A DNA stretch of 64,000 nt, taken from NCBI RefSeq assembly GCF_964194155.1, contig NC_135909.1, forward strand, positions 12,090,001-12,154,000. Reading direction: 5' to 3'. A program made the translations under genes and the position numbers. The first letter of the stretch is position 1. Each line of letters opens with the position of its first letter. This document shows, piece after piece, positions 63,972-64,000 of the stretch. Under the pieces are notes generated by a model that was not told where the DNA came from, ran no database searches, and saw only the letters and a list, made by a program, of their open reading frames with translations. Source of the stretch: Cetorhinus maximus (lineage: Eukaryota).

Positions 63972-64000
63972 AGATGGGAAGGGAGTGCCACAGTGTTATT

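Overview
Eukaryotic vertebrate DNA, most likely a shark or other cartilaginous fish (inferred from the repeat families and histone tails). The window is a replication-dependent histone cluster with six intact intronless genes: H4, H3.2, two H2A and two H2B, each with a 3' stem-loop. No H1 was seen. It also holds three tRNA relics (two initiator-Met, one Ser-GCT), many retroelements (two Penelope-like clades, CR1 LINEs with an esterase ORF1, an L2/CR1-group LINE with its SINE, DeuSINEs, one Tx1-type LINE) and a degenerate 40-46 bp satellite. Main observations: (1) short hammerhead-ribozyme-bearing Penelope 3' modules occur as stand-alone inserts with 13-15 bp target-site duplications. Two are confirmed by empty sites in the paralogous histone cassette, and the family includes a shared non-canonical core, a tandem pair and a head-to-head dimer. 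(2) Much of the window folds as a roughly 57 kb colinear inverted duplication. (3) Histone-type promoter modules occur with no gene behind them. (4) The H2A paralogs carry K15R or an H2A.Z-like L33H. All calls were made by eye, and boundaries of degenerate repeats are approximate.
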